A DNA stretch of 64,000 nt from Sedimentisphaerales bacterium (GCA_963708075.1 OY970194.1:3136001-3200000); one strand, 5' to 3'. Positions 29,758 to 40,436 are shown, counted from the stretch's first letter. Translations and numbers: made by a program. Notes: generated from the letters alone by a model not told the origin.

Positions 29758-31443
29758 TTATGGTTGGACTTCCACCGGTGAATTTCTCAGCCAGTTTGAT
29801 GCCAGGAGCGAGAGGTCGGCGGCGTTGATTAGGCCGCTGTTGTCGAAATCGGCTCGGATGTCGTACTGCGGCTGCTCTTTCGATGCGAGCCAGCACGCTG
29901 ACAGGACGGCACAGTCGCCGAGGTCAATCGTGTTGTCATGGCTGGCGTTGCCTTCCAGCAGCATGCCCAGGTCCACAGACGTGTGTGGCAGTGAGATAAC
30001 AACGCCTCTTTTGACGTTCATCAGGGTGGACTCGCCATGGACGGTGATATCGTAGGTCCCTGGCGCGACACCTGTGACCTCGCAGACAGCCGTATCTGCT
30101 GTGGCGGACTTCGTCGCAGTCAATTTGAATTCTTGGGTCGCGGTGTCACTCAATACGTTGGCTCCAGGTGTGAAGAGCCGGACGGTCAGTGGAAGGCTCC
30201 TGTCTGCGTCGGGGCGGCTGTCGTCCTGCAGCGTCACAGAGATGGATACGACGGCTCCCGGTGCACCGATGCTGACAATCACCTGGGGTACGTAGGGCGC
30301 AGGGATATTCGTGGCGGACTGAATGGCCTGCCGCTCGGCGGCGCTGAGCTTGGGCTTAAAGTGACAGCCCAGACCGATCGCACTGGCCTGGAGGAGCATA
30401 TTGCCGGCGATGAACCCGGGCTCCAATTGGGCGAACTCCTGGCCCGCGTTGGCCGAATCGAGACAGAGGATGACGTAGCACGGAGCATGGGGCAGACCGG
30501 CAATGGCGGATTGCAGACCGACCCGGGCATCCGCAGGCAATGGATCGACAGGCAACCGCCCGCGTCCATCGCCGGCGGTGACGAGACGCTCGATCCGATG
30601 GTCCTTCGTCGCCATGTCCGTGATGACCTTTCGGTTCAGATACCGATACACTCCGTCCTCTTTGACGATGTAGAGGCTGCGCGTCAGGTAGTAGTTGGCG
30701 TAGGCGGAGGGGACGGTCAGGCCCGCCCTGCCGTTCGACGTGGTATGAGCGGTGCAGCCGTAGCCGGCCCACAGGATTTGGGAGAGTTGGGGCAGCGTCA
30801 GGCTCGTCCGGGCGAAGCTGCTGGTGTAGGTCAGATGGGCCAGGACCTCTTCGAGACTGTCGTCGCCCGTCGAGCATGGATCGGGCAGCCAGCCGGGCTG
30901 GCCCTCGGGCACCGACGAATGTACAGCCGGCGAAGAGGTCAATCCCTTACCCGCCTGCACTCCGAAAAACACGCTTGTCCTTGGAAACCCGGCCCCTTTC
31001 GGGCAGGACGCCATCGGCGATTCCGTGCTGTTGGACAGAGACACGGACGCGAGCATTGCGGGCATGAACATAGTTCCTGCATCGAACGCAAGCTCGGCCT
31101 CATACCGGATCGCGAAAGCCCCCTCGCCGTTGACCTCGTTGGAATGCCACTTCAGCGAGTGGTCGTTGGGATCGTACAGGTACGTCCCGCCGGATGTGGC
31201 GACATAAATGTCCCTGTGGCTCCCTGCCACCGGCATCCTCCCGGCCGCCCACAGGACGTTGCTCAACTGCTGGACGCTGGCCGTGCCGCGAAGCGAGTGC
31301 TGTGAGTACCGGCTGTTCAGGCACAACTCCACCGAATTGCGTGTCACGGCGGGCTGCGGAAGAGGTCCCGCTTTGATCCCCTGGGCATGACAAACCACCG
31401 TTCCCACGGCCAGAACCACAACTGCCACCATTACCCGCTTCAT
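29758..31443 (-). CDS. Secreted tandem nitroreductase/SagB-like protein with C-terminal dockerin-like domain
   Basis: Signal peptide; two QLSxxLWA repeats; TVPSA; GNMLLQASAIGLG; C-terminal ADFDNSGLINAADLSLLASNW. Confidence 0.8.
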   Translation of the reverse strand: MKRVMVAVVVLAVGTVVCHAQGIKAGPLPQPAVTRNSVELCLNSRYSQHSLRGTASVQQLSNVLWAAGRMPVAGSHRDIYVATSGGTYLYDPNDHSLKWHSNEVNGEGAFAIRYEAELAFDAGTMFMPAMLASVSLSNSTESPMASCPKGAGFPRTSVFFGVQAGKGLTSSPAVHSSVPEGQPGWLPDPCSTGDDSLEEVLAHLTYTSSFARTSLTLPQLSQILWAGYGCTAHTTSNGRAGLTVPSAYANYYLTRSLYIVKEDGVYRYLNRKVITDMATKDHRIERLVTAGDGRGRLPVDPLPADARVGLQSAIAGLPHAPCYVILCLDSANAGQEFAQLEPGFIAGNMLLQASAIGLGCHFKPKLSAAERQAIQSATNIPAPYVPQVIVSIGAPGAVVSISVTLQDDSRPDADRSLPLTVRLFTPGANVLSDTATQEFKLTATKSATADTAVCEVTGVAPGTYDITVHGESTLMNVKRGVVISLPHTSVDLGMLLEGNASHDNTIDLGDCAVLSACWLASKEQPQYDIRADFDNSGLINAADLSLLASNWLRNSPVEVQP

Positions 31444-31608
31444 TCTGAGCCCTCCGAAAATCGCCGACAACTCAACTCACTCCCACCATGTCCCCGTGCC
31501 GTCCCGGCGAGAACAGGACGGGAGCCATCTCAGCCAATGTGCGTCTATTCTAAGCCCGATGCTGGCAACAGGCAAACATCTTGTTGCCGTCCTCGCACCT
31601 TGTTGCGC

Positions 31609-32939
31609 TCACTCCGAGGAGGTCATGAGAATCTTCTCGTGCTCCTGCGCCACAGGTCGAGCGCTTTCTGAGGCGGGAGTTCGCCGGCGATGGCTTGATG
31701 GACGTACCGCTGATAGATCTGCAGCAGTTGGGGATAAGCGGGCAGGTGCCAGTAGTCCCTGGTCAGACTCATCGAAAGGGAAAACGACTTGTTGGCGGGG
31801 CTCGCGCCGAGAAACTTGGGGTCGCTAAGGATGGCTTTCAGCCCGCTCTTTCCACCACCCTGGACCCACTTCCATTGCTGCTCCGGGCTCATGAACCATT
31901 CAAGGAACTTCCACGCCTCGTCCTTGTTCCTGGAATACTGGCTGATCGACACGCCCTGGCCGCCAACCATGACGAAGCGGCGGAAGGCGCCGTCTTGCCC
32001 CTTCTGACCCGGCAAAGCGTCGAAGCTCAGCGTGTGCATTGTCCCGGCGGTCTGGGCGGTAAGCTCGTCGAAGTAGTAGTACCACTGGAAGCCCAGGGCG
32101 ACACGGCCCTCTTGAAGGGCCTTGTTCACCTCGGGCACATACGCGTTCACAAAACCCTCGGGGGCATAGGCGAACAAGCTCTTGTAGAACTCCAGCGCCC
32201 TGGCCGCACTGGGGGAGTTGATGTAGCCTTGGGCCTTGGCTGTCTCGCGGTCCCACAACTCGGCGCCGAAGGACCACAGGATGTTGTTGAAAACCGACGT
32301 GCAGGCATCGTAGTCCTGGCTGCCGTAGAGCGAGATCCCGTAGAGATTTGCGCCGGGACGGGTGAAGAACTCCGCGATATCTCGCAACTGGTCATAGGTC
32401 TGGGGCACAGCCAGATCGTAACCGTATTTCTGCTTGAAGGCGGCCTTCTCTTTCGGATCCGCGAAAAGGTCCCGGCGATACACCAACCCCATACAATCCT
32501 GATTGATGGGCAACGCATAGATATTTCCCGAGCCCTCCGGGTACTCCGCATAGCGGCGCAGGGCCGCCGGGTCGAAGTCCACCGCCCGAACCTTTTCGCT
32601 GTTTTTCAGCCAGTCGTTGAGGAGCACGATGTGCCCCTGCGAGGCAAACTCCGACATGGACTGACTGTCGAAGATGCAAAGATCGAAGGCCGATCCTTTC
32701 CTGGCGAACTCATCCGCAATCCGCCGATAGTACTCCTCCGTCAGGGGCGGCAGAATGGCCTTGATCTCGACCCCGGCTTGCCGGGTGTACTCCTCGGATA
32801 TCTTCAGCAGCAGGTCCGCGCGGTCTCCCGCATGCCAGATGAAGGTCAGCGTCGCCTTGCGCTGGGCCTGAGCCTGGACGGAACCGACTGTCGCAAACAA
32901 ACCCAGCAGCGCACCAACAGTGAGCAGATGAGTCTTCAT
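31609..32939 (-). CDS. Sugar ABC transporter substrate-binding protein (family 1); probable frameshift near 31652 at C-terminus
   Basis: Signal peptide; YALP, LVYRRDLF, PQTYDQL, GGQGVSIS; alternate frame gives VAQEHEKILMTSSE*. Confidence 0.88.
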
Positions 32940-33119
32940 AACATCTCTCCCAAGTGCATATGAAAGTCTACTTCTGCGTTCCCAGCGTGATTTGACCCGA
33001 CCATGGGGTCTCTGCGGGATGCCTCGACGATAGATCAGTCCATCGGACAGGACAATGAGGCTTTTGCTCAAAGGCAGCTCGTGGCCACAATCGGCGCATA
33101 CGTCTGTGTATTGGCAGAC

Positions 33120-33926
33120 CTATCGTGCCGCCAACATCCTGAGCATCGCTTCGAGGGCCGGCTGGTCGGGTCCGATGAACGGCTTCGCCGCCGGGACGAC
33201 CGCCATGTGCGCCAGCAACGTGTCGTTCATGCCCTGGGCGGCGGGCAGATGGCTGCTCAGGATAACCTTCGGCGACATGTCGCGAACGAGATTCAGCGTA
33301 TTCGCGAACTTCGCGGTGTCTATCGAGTGCAGCCAGGGAGAGTCCACCGTCGTCCATGTGACCATGCCCTGCCGCAGGTCGTCGGCTCCAATCTCGGCGG
33401 CGTTTTCCACAGGCTCGGACATGAGGGCGCCGAAGGAATCCGCGCTGAAGAATGCGCCGGATTTCGGATCGTAGAAGCCGGTGGTCTCAGGGGCATCGTA
33501 GGTAGGCGGCTTGACGGCGGTGAGTGTTCGGTCCCCCACGTCGATACTCTGGCCCGGATTCAACAGGTAAACCCGATCCAAGGGCAACGGCCGAAACAGA
33601 CTCATCTTCCCCGTGGCAAGGAATGTCGTGATGACCCGCAGCTTCGGAGCCTCCTCCAAGAGCCGATGGAGACTCCCGATATGGTCCGGGTCAGCGTGGG
33701 TCAGCCACAACCATCGAAGGTCCTCAAGATCGATGGTGGACGACAGCGCCGCCATGTATTCATCACTCAGCAGCACGAGTCCCGTGTCCACCAGAACGGG
33801 TTCGGCTGCCCTGAGCACAAAGACGTTGATCGGCACGATCCCGAGGCTCGGTATAGGAAAATACGAAGGCAGGACGTCAATGTCGGGCACCGCCCGATAC
33901 GGCTCGAACATCGTCGGTTTGTCCAT
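33120..33926 (-). CDS. Metallo-beta-lactamase fold protein (FprA/ODP-like)
   Basis: LVDTG, THADPDHIGS, FSADSFG, SSH; AGGAGG SD. Confidence 0.85.
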   Translation of the reverse strand: MDKPTMFEPYRAVPDIDVLPSYFPIPSLGIVPINVFVLRAAEPVLVDTGLVLLSDEYMAALSSTIDLEDLRWLWLTHADPDHIGSLHRLLEEAPKLRVITTFLATGKMSLFRPLPLDRVYLLNPGQSIDVGDRTLTAVKPPTYDAPETTGFYDPKSGAFFSADSFGALMSEPVENAAEIGADDLRQGMVTWTTVDSPWLHSIDTAKFANTLNLVRDMSPKVILSSHLPAAQGMNDTLLAHMAVVPAAKPFIGPDQPALEAMLRMLAAR

Positions 33927-34220
33927 TGGCTCACCTCCTGAGAAGCCGCTCTTCCGTTGTGGTCCGTACACAGATGTAGTTCACTCAGGCAACATACTCA
34001 GACACACGGGAGAAGTTCGGTCTTTCCGGTTGCATATGACGACACAGGGGCCAGGCAAGCCGTATCACGCAATGATGTATTGATTCCGTGACCTATTCAG
34101 CATCAGGTTTGCTTTTCGTGAGGAATCTGCTATTTTGTGCGCGGTATGAGCCACCAGGTACGTGGCGGAAAACTGATGGTGTGCATGGCACACTCTACGG
34201 TATTGGCACAGGAGACAACC

Positions 34221-36701
34221 ATGACCAAGTCGCGAGTCGTCGTTATAGCAGTCACCACCATCCTGTCCGTGACCGTCCTGCGGGCAGCGGTGCCTGTGCG
34301 GGTGGTGCCTGTCCCGCCGACGGTGGGGACGAATGATTTCTATGTCAGCAATGCCAAGCCGCTGGCGCCGAGCCCGCTGGTCAAGCTGCCCATTGGGGCG
34401 ATCAAACCCGAGGGGTGGCTGCGCCGGCAGCTTGAGCTGCAGGCGGATGGCTTCTCCGGCCATCTGACGGAGATCAGCAAGTTCGTCAACAAGGACGGCA
34501 ACGCGTGGCTTGCGGCGGATGGCCAGGGCCACAGCCCGTGGGAGGAGATGCCCTATTGGCTCAAGGGCTTCGGCGACACCGGCTACGTCCTCGGCGACAA
34601 GCGCATCATAGACGAGGCGAAGGTCTGGATCGAGGGGATGCTCAACAGCCGCAATCCCGACGGCTGGTTCGGCCCCGCCACGAACAAAACCGGCTCGCGC
34701 GACACGAAGAACGTCCCCGACCTCTGGCCCAACATGGTCGCGCTCAATGCCCTGCAAACCTACTACGAGTACACCAGCGACCCACGGGTGCTCGAGCTCA
34801 TGCAGGAGTACTTCAAATGGGAGCTGACCGTGCCGGACGAGAAATTCCTCGAGCCGTTCTGGCAGCAGCAGCGGGCCAGCGACAATCTCGCCAGCGTGTA
34901 CTGGCTCTATAATCGCACCGGGCAGGAGTACCTGCTGCAACTGGCCGAGAAAATCCATCGCAACACCGCCAACTGGGCGGAGACTGTCGCGAGCTGGCAC
35001 AACGTGAACATCGCCCAGTGCTTCCGCGCCCCGGCTGTTTACTTCCAGCAGGCCCGCGATCCTTATTTCCTCCAAGCGACGGAGCGAAACTACAACATGG
35101 CCTGGGGCACCTACGGCCAGGTCCCCGGCGGCATGTTCGGCGGCGATGAGAACTGCCGCAGGGGCTACTACGGTCCGAGACAGGGCATCGAGACCTGCGC
35201 CTCCATTGAGTTCATGCTCTCCTGCGAGATGCTGCTGGGAATCACGGGCGATCTGACGTGGGCCGACCGCTGCGAGGACGTCGCATTCAACACGTTCCCG
35301 CCGGCCCTGACCGCCGATCTCAAGGCCCTGCACTACCTGGTCAGCCCGAATGTATGCCAGCTTGACAGCAAGAACAAGGCTCCAGGCATCCAGAATGGCG
35401 GCGACATGCTCGGGTATAATCCGCACAGCTACCGCTGCTGCCAGCACAACGTCGCGCACGGCTGGCCGTACTTCGCCGAGCATCTGTGGATGGCCACGCC
35501 CGACAACGGCCTGGCCGCGGTCTTTTATGCCGCCTCGCAGGTCACCGCCAAGGTCGGCGATGGCCGGCAGGTGACCTGGAAACAGGAGACGCGATACCCG
35601 TTCGAGGATGCGATTCACATGACGCTCAGTGCAAGCGCGCCTGTGGAATTTCCGCTGTACCTCCGCGTCCCCGGCTGGTGCAATACCCCCACGCTGCGCG
35701 TCAACGGCAGGAAAGTGCCCGTGTACCCCGAGCCGCGAACGTTCATCGTCATCGACCGCAAATGGAAGGACGGCGACACCGTAGAGCTGACGCTGCCGAT
35801 GGAGCTGAAGCTCCGCTACTGGATTCGCAACGGCAACACCATGTCCGTCGATCGCGGGCCGCTGACCTACTCGCTGAAGATCGGCGAGAAGTACGTTCGC
35901 TACGGCGGCACAGACGCCTGGCCCGCCCAGGAAGTGTATCCAACCACGGCCTGGAACTATGGCCTGGTGATCGATCCCGACAAGCCGCTCCGGGAGCAGC
36001 TCAGCGTGCGTGAGAGGAACTGGCCCAAAGACAATCAGCCCTTCGAGGCCCAGGCCGCCCCAATCGAGATCAAGGCAAAAGCCAGAAAGATCCCGAACTG
36101 GCAGGCGGATCATCTCGGCCTGATCGGCGAGGTACAGCCCAGCCCCGTCAAGTCCGACCAGCCTGTTGAAACCGTGACGCTGATCCCGATGGGCGCCGCC
36201 CGACTGCGAATCTCCGCCTTCCCCTGGATCGGCGAAGGCCCGAACGCCCGCGAGTGGCAAATCTCGCAGCAGAGCAAGGCCAAGTACCTGACAAGCGAGT
36301 CGTATTGCTGGGAGCTGGATAGCACCGCCGCCCTCAGCGATGGTGAGATTCCGGCGAACTCCAACGACAAGAGCGTCCTGCGTTTCACATGGTGGCAGCA
36401 CAAAGGGACCACGGAGTGGGTCCAGTATGATTTCCCGCAAGCCCGTAACATCAGCCGGGCCCAGGTGTACTGGTTCGACGATGCCGCCGGCGGTGGCGGC
36501 TGCCGCGTCCCGCAATCCTGGAAGCTGCTATACAAGGATGGCGACAACTGGAAGGAGGTCCCGAACGCCTCCGCCTATGGCGGCGAGAAGGACAAATTCA
36601 ATAAGGTGACGTTCAACGCGGTGAAGACGACCGCCCTGCGCCTTGAGGCCCAGCTTCAGCCGGAGTCCTCCGCCGGCATCCTCGAATGGCAGATCGACTG
36701 A
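34221..36701 (+). CDS. GH127/GH146 beta-L-arabinofuranosidase-like protein with C-terminal F5/8-type (discoidin) domain
   Basis: WEEMPYW, GGDEN, ETCASIE, RCCQHN Zn/Cys motifs; C-terminal EWVQYDF...VYWFDD. Confidence 0.9.
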   Translation: MTKSRVVVIAVTTILSVTVLRAAVPVRVVPVPPTVGTNDFYVSNAKPLAPSPLVKLPIGAIKPEGWLRRQLELQADGFSGHLTEISKFVNKDGNAWLAADGQGHSPWEEMPYWLKGFGDTGYVLGDKRIIDEAKVWIEGMLNSRNPDGWFGPATNKTGSRDTKNVPDLWPNMVALNALQTYYEYTSDPRVLELMQEYFKWELTVPDEKFLEPFWQQQRASDNLASVYWLYNRTGQEYLLQLAEKIHRNTANWAETVASWHNVNIAQCFRAPAVYFQQARDPYFLQATERNYNMAWGTYGQVPGGMFGGDENCRRGYYGPRQGIETCASIEFMLSCEMLLGITGDLTWADRCEDVAFNTFPPALTADLKALHYLVSPNVCQLDSKNKAPGIQNGGDMLGYNPHSYRCCQHNVAHGWPYFAEHLWMATPDNGLAAVFYAASQVTAKVGDGRQVTWKQETRYPFEDAIHMTLSASAPVEFPLYLRVPGWCNTPTLRVNGRKVPVYPEPRTFIVIDRKWKDGDTVELTLPMELKLRYWIRNGNTMSVDRGPLTYSLKIGEKYVRYGGTDAWPAQEVYPTTAWNYGLVIDPDKPLREQLSVRERNWPKDNQPFEAQAAPIEIKAKARKIPNWQADHLGLIGEVQPSPVKSDQPVETVTLIPMGAARLRISAFPWIGEGPNAREWQISQQSKAKYLTSESYCWELDSTAALSDGEIPANSNDKSVLRFTWWQHKGTTEWVQYDFPQARNISRAQVYWFDDAAGGGGCRVPQSWKLLYKDGDNWKEVPNASAYGGEKDKFNKVTFNAVKTTALRLEAQLQPESSAGILEWQID

Positions 36702-36733
36702 CAGTTCACGCTGAAGTGTTCAGTCCGGGATGC

Positions 36734-36761
36734 AAAAAGGCTGCAGGGAATGCCTGCAGCC
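36734..36761 (-). terminator. Intrinsic terminator downstream of the PEP-CTERM gene
   Basis: GGCTGCAGG/CCTGCAGCC stem with TTTTT tail on the minus strand, between convergent genes. Confidence 0.75.
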
Positions 36762-36784
36762 CCGAAGGATGAGCTCGATATTTC

Positions 36785-37435
36785 TTATGCCGCGCGTCGG
36801 CGGAACCAGGCAACCAGCCCGGCGCCAATGCCACCGAGCAACAGTGCACCCGGAGCGGGAATCGTGGCGGCGATGTTGTCCAGCGACATGCCGCCCGGCC
36901 CGCCGGTGACCAGTGCTCCCGAGAAGATAACCGATGTCAGGTTCGCGAACGTTCCGGGCAGGACAAATGTCTGAAAGTCCGCGGCCCCGCCTGCACCGTC
37001 GACGATTCCGTCCAGCGCGAATTGGGCATTCACCGCGCCACCGCCGGAAAGGTTGCCGACCACGTTGATGTAGTTAGCGTTGGGGAAACCACCGGCAGCA
37101 GCAGCGGCGGCATCAATCCACGGTTCCGTGCCGTCGAAGCTGATCAGACTGAACGGCTGACCGCCCGCGGCCGCCATCGTGATCGGCAGGCCAAGAGGGC
37201 CGGCCTCCTCCGAGATATAGATGGTTCCATTGTCTGCCGCCCCGCCGAAAGCTGTACCGGCCGGCGAACCCATCGCGTGGAAGTGCCCGGACGTGAACGT
37301 GAATCCCTCAGTGGTCAACGTTGTAAGAGTGGGATTCCCGACGCCCGGAACCGCGTCAAACGTCACAACACTCGCCTGTACCGACCCCGCCGCAATAAGA
37401 GAAAGCACGGCAACTGCCACAACCATACTTCTCAT
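36785..37435 (-). CDS. PEP-CTERM sorting domain protein (PAP variant)
   Basis: Signal peptide and C-terminal IPAPGALLLGGIGAGLVAWFRRRAA; GGAGGAG SD. Confidence 0.9.
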   Translation of the reverse strand: MRSMVVAVAVLSLIAAGSVQASVVTFDAVPGVGNPTLTTLTTEGFTFTSGHFHAMGSPAGTAFGGAADNGTIYISEEAGPLGLPITMAAAGGQPFSLISFDGTEPWIDAAAAAAGGFPNANYINVVGNLSGGGAVNAQFALDGIVDGAGGAADFQTFVLPGTFANLTSVIFSGALVTGGPGGMSLDNIAATIPAPGALLLGGIGAGLVAWFRRRAA

Positions 37436-37660
37436 ATCTCACTCCTCCATCTCTCCATTGCCAGGGCCACACGCGCCGGCACAGGTCCATAGCCTCACCG
37501 CTTCAATAGGAATTGCCCGAGAAACGCAATTCGTCACGTCTCAAATGGATCGCACCTCCGGCGGGTCCTTCCGAAGCATTCTGTATCAGCAGCGTCATGC
37601 TGCGTTGCCTAGAGAATGCGTGCGTTTGAAATGGGCAGCGCCCATCCAACCGATCCTTCA

Positions 37661-37689
37661 AAGATAGCACTTCCCGCCCGAAAAGTCAA
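37661..37689 (-). promoter_or_regulatory. Putative sigma70 promoter of the PEP-CTERM gene
   Basis: Minus strand TTGACT-17 bp-TATCTT with TGn extension. Confidence 0.55.
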
Positions 37690-37916
37690 TGGTAATTTGG
37701 GGAATCTGTGCATTATCAGACCAATACCCTGTCCCCGTGGCGGCATCTGCCCGCGCCGCATCACCCGTCACTCGCTGGAGGCAGGCCCCAAGGCCAATCA
37801 AAGCCGGAAACATCGGCGACATAAGGACTTGCGTGAGCTGCGGGGATGCCTCGGACCCTCTGCTCCCGGAGAAATCCGCGGCAAGGAAGCGGGAATACCC
37901 AAACGTCCAAGTCTGC

Positions 37917-38411
37917 TTATCGCGTGAGTTCTTCCGTCTCAGACGTGACGCCGGAGTTCTCTGCCGGCATTCTCGAATGGGGCATCGACTGACGCTCACT
38001 GAAGAGTTTGCCGAGGCGATAAGGGAAGTAGAGACCGCCGAGGAGGCTGAACACGAAGAGAACGACGGCCAGCGCTATTGCCAGCCGGCCGCGCACCACG
38101 GCCGCGTCACCCTCGACCACTTTCGTATCGCGGACGACCCGTGTCCCCGGTGGCGGCATCCGCCGGGACCGCACCGCCCGCCACCCATACCAGTAGAAGT
38201 ACGCCGAAAATGGTATGAGGCCCAGGAACGCTACTGCGATGGCGACCTGCACGACTCGCAGTGTCGCCTCGGGCCCCTGCCGCTCCAGGTATCGCTGTCC
38301 CCACGGCAGCACCCACAGCATCAATGACATCCCCAGCAGCAGGCCGATGGCCAGAATCGTTACGGCCAGCCTGCGCGCCTTCTTATCCGCCTTCATGACC
38401 ATATGCTTCAT
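37917..38411 (-). CDS. Hypothetical membrane protein (3 TM)
   Basis: Three hydrophobic helices and an R.PPPG..V motif; GAGG SD. Confidence 0.72.
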   Translation of the reverse strand: MKHMVMKADKKARRLAVTILAIGLLLGMSLMLWVLPWGQRYLERQGPEATLRVVQVAIAVAFLGLIPFSAYFYWYGWRAVRSRRMPPPGTRVVRDTKVVEGDAAVVRGRLAIALAVVLFVFSLLGGLYFPYRLGKLFSERQSMPHSRMPAENSGVTSETEELTR

Positions 38412-38699
38412 TCTTCGTATCCGCCGCCTCCGTCAAACGTCATCAATCGCGCAATGTCGAACCCTGCTGGGCATTATAGTGGAACTCCCGCTGAAGGATA
38501 GCCCCACCGCGGCGGGACGGCATATATTACTCACGTTCATATTCTCGGACGTGAAGCCGCGTGAGCGGTTGGACGATAGATAAGGAAGCCGCCGGATGAG
38601 ACCGGGCCGAATCGCGAAGCGAGCGATCTGCCTGAGCAGACGACGAATGCAGATGCGCAGACAGACGCGAGAATGTTACGCCGGTGTGAGGAGGTGCTG

Positions 38700-38945
38700 A
38701 TGAATACAAGCTCGATCAAAAGAAAGCTGCAGGTGTGCAGGCGCTGCGAGTTCCTCTGCAAAGGTTGCCCTCATGCCCTGCCCTGCGCGGTGCAAGGCCA
38801 GCGGGTCAAGCCTGTGGAATGTTACCTGTGCTGGCATAACCCGGGGACGGTCCTACCCACCAACTGTGGCCTGCGACGTCGGCCCGTTGCGCAGACCGGG
38901 ACAACCGCGAAGAACCCGACCCGACCCCACTCAACTGCGTGTTGA
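38700..38945 (+). CDS. Small Cys-rich hypothetical protein
   Basis: Strong SD GAGGAGGTG; CRRCEFLCKGC...C...CYLC...C. Confidence 0.55.
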   Translation: MNTSSIKRKLQVCRRCEFLCKGCPHALPCAVQGQRVKPVECYLCWHNPGTVLPTNCGLRRRPVAQTGTTAKNPTRPHSTAC

Positions 38946-39039
38946 ACGGTACGAATAGCTTTGCCCTTCGTGTTCCGGATAGAACGAGGGCTGGATCGGC
39001 AGGAGTGTCTTCGAACCATTGAATTGCAGGTACTGGATC

Positions 39040-40251
39040 ATGAAGAATGTCACATGGGCTTCGGTGTCGCTGGCGATCGTACTGGTTGGGATACTGATGC
39101 TCCACGGCATAAGGCAGATATCGAATCCGAAAGCAAGCCCCGCTGTTCACGCAAGCGGACACGTCAACGAGTCGAACGTGGACCTGCGGGAACATTCCGA
39201 CGAGGTCTTCGCGATGGCGGACACCCGCGCGAGAGAACACAAGATCGACGAGGCCATATCCCTGTATCAGCGAGGGTTGCAGGTGGATCCCTGGCGACTG
39301 GAATATCAGTTGAAACTGGCCCGGCTCCTGAAACAGATCGGCCTGGAGGAGCAGGCCGTCGAGAAAGCGGAGACCGTGCGCCGGTACGCCGAGCAGGAAG
39401 AATTGATTGCTGCGGCGGAGGAGTTGACCCGGACCTCCGATGCGCAGCGGGATGCCTATAGGCCGCCCGTACCTTCTGAGGCGGTCCCGCGTCTGGAGAT
39501 CGTCATTGTCCCCATCGACAAGGTGGATTTGAGATTGCTGTCGGAGTTGCGGGAATCTCTGGAATCGAAACTCGGGATCAAATTCACCCTTACGGACAAG
39601 CCGCTGAGCCTGGGAGGAATGGATCGAACCTATGCCGAGCACATCGTGACGAAACTGCTCGATGAGATGAAGGAGAAGATGCCGGAGGGAGAGTACAAGC
39701 GATTTCTCGAAGAACTCGGTTTTACAGAAGCCTCGCTCGAATCCTACTACCCTCGGGTCCAGTTTCTGGAACGGGCGCTCCGGGATTCCGGCTATTCCCA
39801 GGGACAGATCAGCGAATTCCGCAGAGCACTGGAGATGCTGTGGCGCACGGGCCAGTATGACGCCGAGAGGCTGCTGTCCTCGCTCAAGCAGGCACACCCG
39901 CTGCATCCGGCAGGTCCGGTGAAGGGCTACCTGGGCATCACTGAGGCCGATCTCTTCACGCGGGATTACAACTTCTTGTATGGTTGGGGCGGGCGCGGCC
40001 ACGCGGTGATGTCATACCACCGTTACACAGCCGCCTTCAACGAGGAGCCACCCAACCGGCCCAAGCTGCTCGAACGAACCGTCAAGCAGGCGATCTCCAG
40101 CACGTTCTTCCTACTCGACATTCCGCGCTGCACGTCCCCGGCGTGTGCCCGTGCGTATCCGAACAGCCTCGCGGAGCACGATCAGAAGACCGGTGACCTC
40201 TGCAACGACTGCAAACGGGCGCTGGCCCTGGCCATCGCCAGGAACCGTTAG
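39040..40251 (+). CDS. Membrane-anchored TPR plus archaemetzincin (M54)-like protein with degenerate catalytic motif
   Basis: TM anchor; TPR-like helices; QYDA, LGITEADLF, NFLYG, MSY; C-x4-C...CxxC retained but HExxH absent. Confidence 0.8.
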   Translation: MKNVTWASVSLAIVLVGILMLHGIRQISNPKASPAVHASGHVNESNVDLREHSDEVFAMADTRAREHKIDEAISLYQRGLQVDPWRLEYQLKLARLLKQIGLEEQAVEKAETVRRYAEQEELIAAAEELTRTSDAQRDAYRPPVPSEAVPRLEIVIVPIDKVDLRLLSELRESLESKLGIKFTLTDKPLSLGGMDRTYAEHIVTKLLDEMKEKMPEGEYKRFLEELGFTEASLESYYPRVQFLERALRDSGYSQGQISEFRRALEMLWRTGQYDAERLLSSLKQAHPLHPAGPVKGYLGITEADLFTRDYNFLYGWGGRGHAVMSYHRYTAAFNEEPPNRPKLLERTVKQAISSTFFLLDIPRCTSPACARAYPNSLAEHDQKTGDLCNDCKRALALAIARNR

Positions 40252-40436
40252 CCGCCATCGCCGGAACGAACCAACCCGATCACCTCTAATCGTGACATTT
40301 CATCGGATCGGCACGGGCCCGCGCCTGATGATCGCATGGATTGCATATCTGTTGCAGAGAAACGGGCGACCCAGATGCAGCACAGTAGCACACGAAGCCA
40401 CCCTCATCGGTTCTCTAAGCCCCGGCGCCCCGCGAC

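Noticed and set aside
37436..37700. Sigma54 promoter upstream of the PEP-CTERM gene
   Set aside because: No TGGCAC-N5-TTGC found; a sigma70-like promoter fits better.
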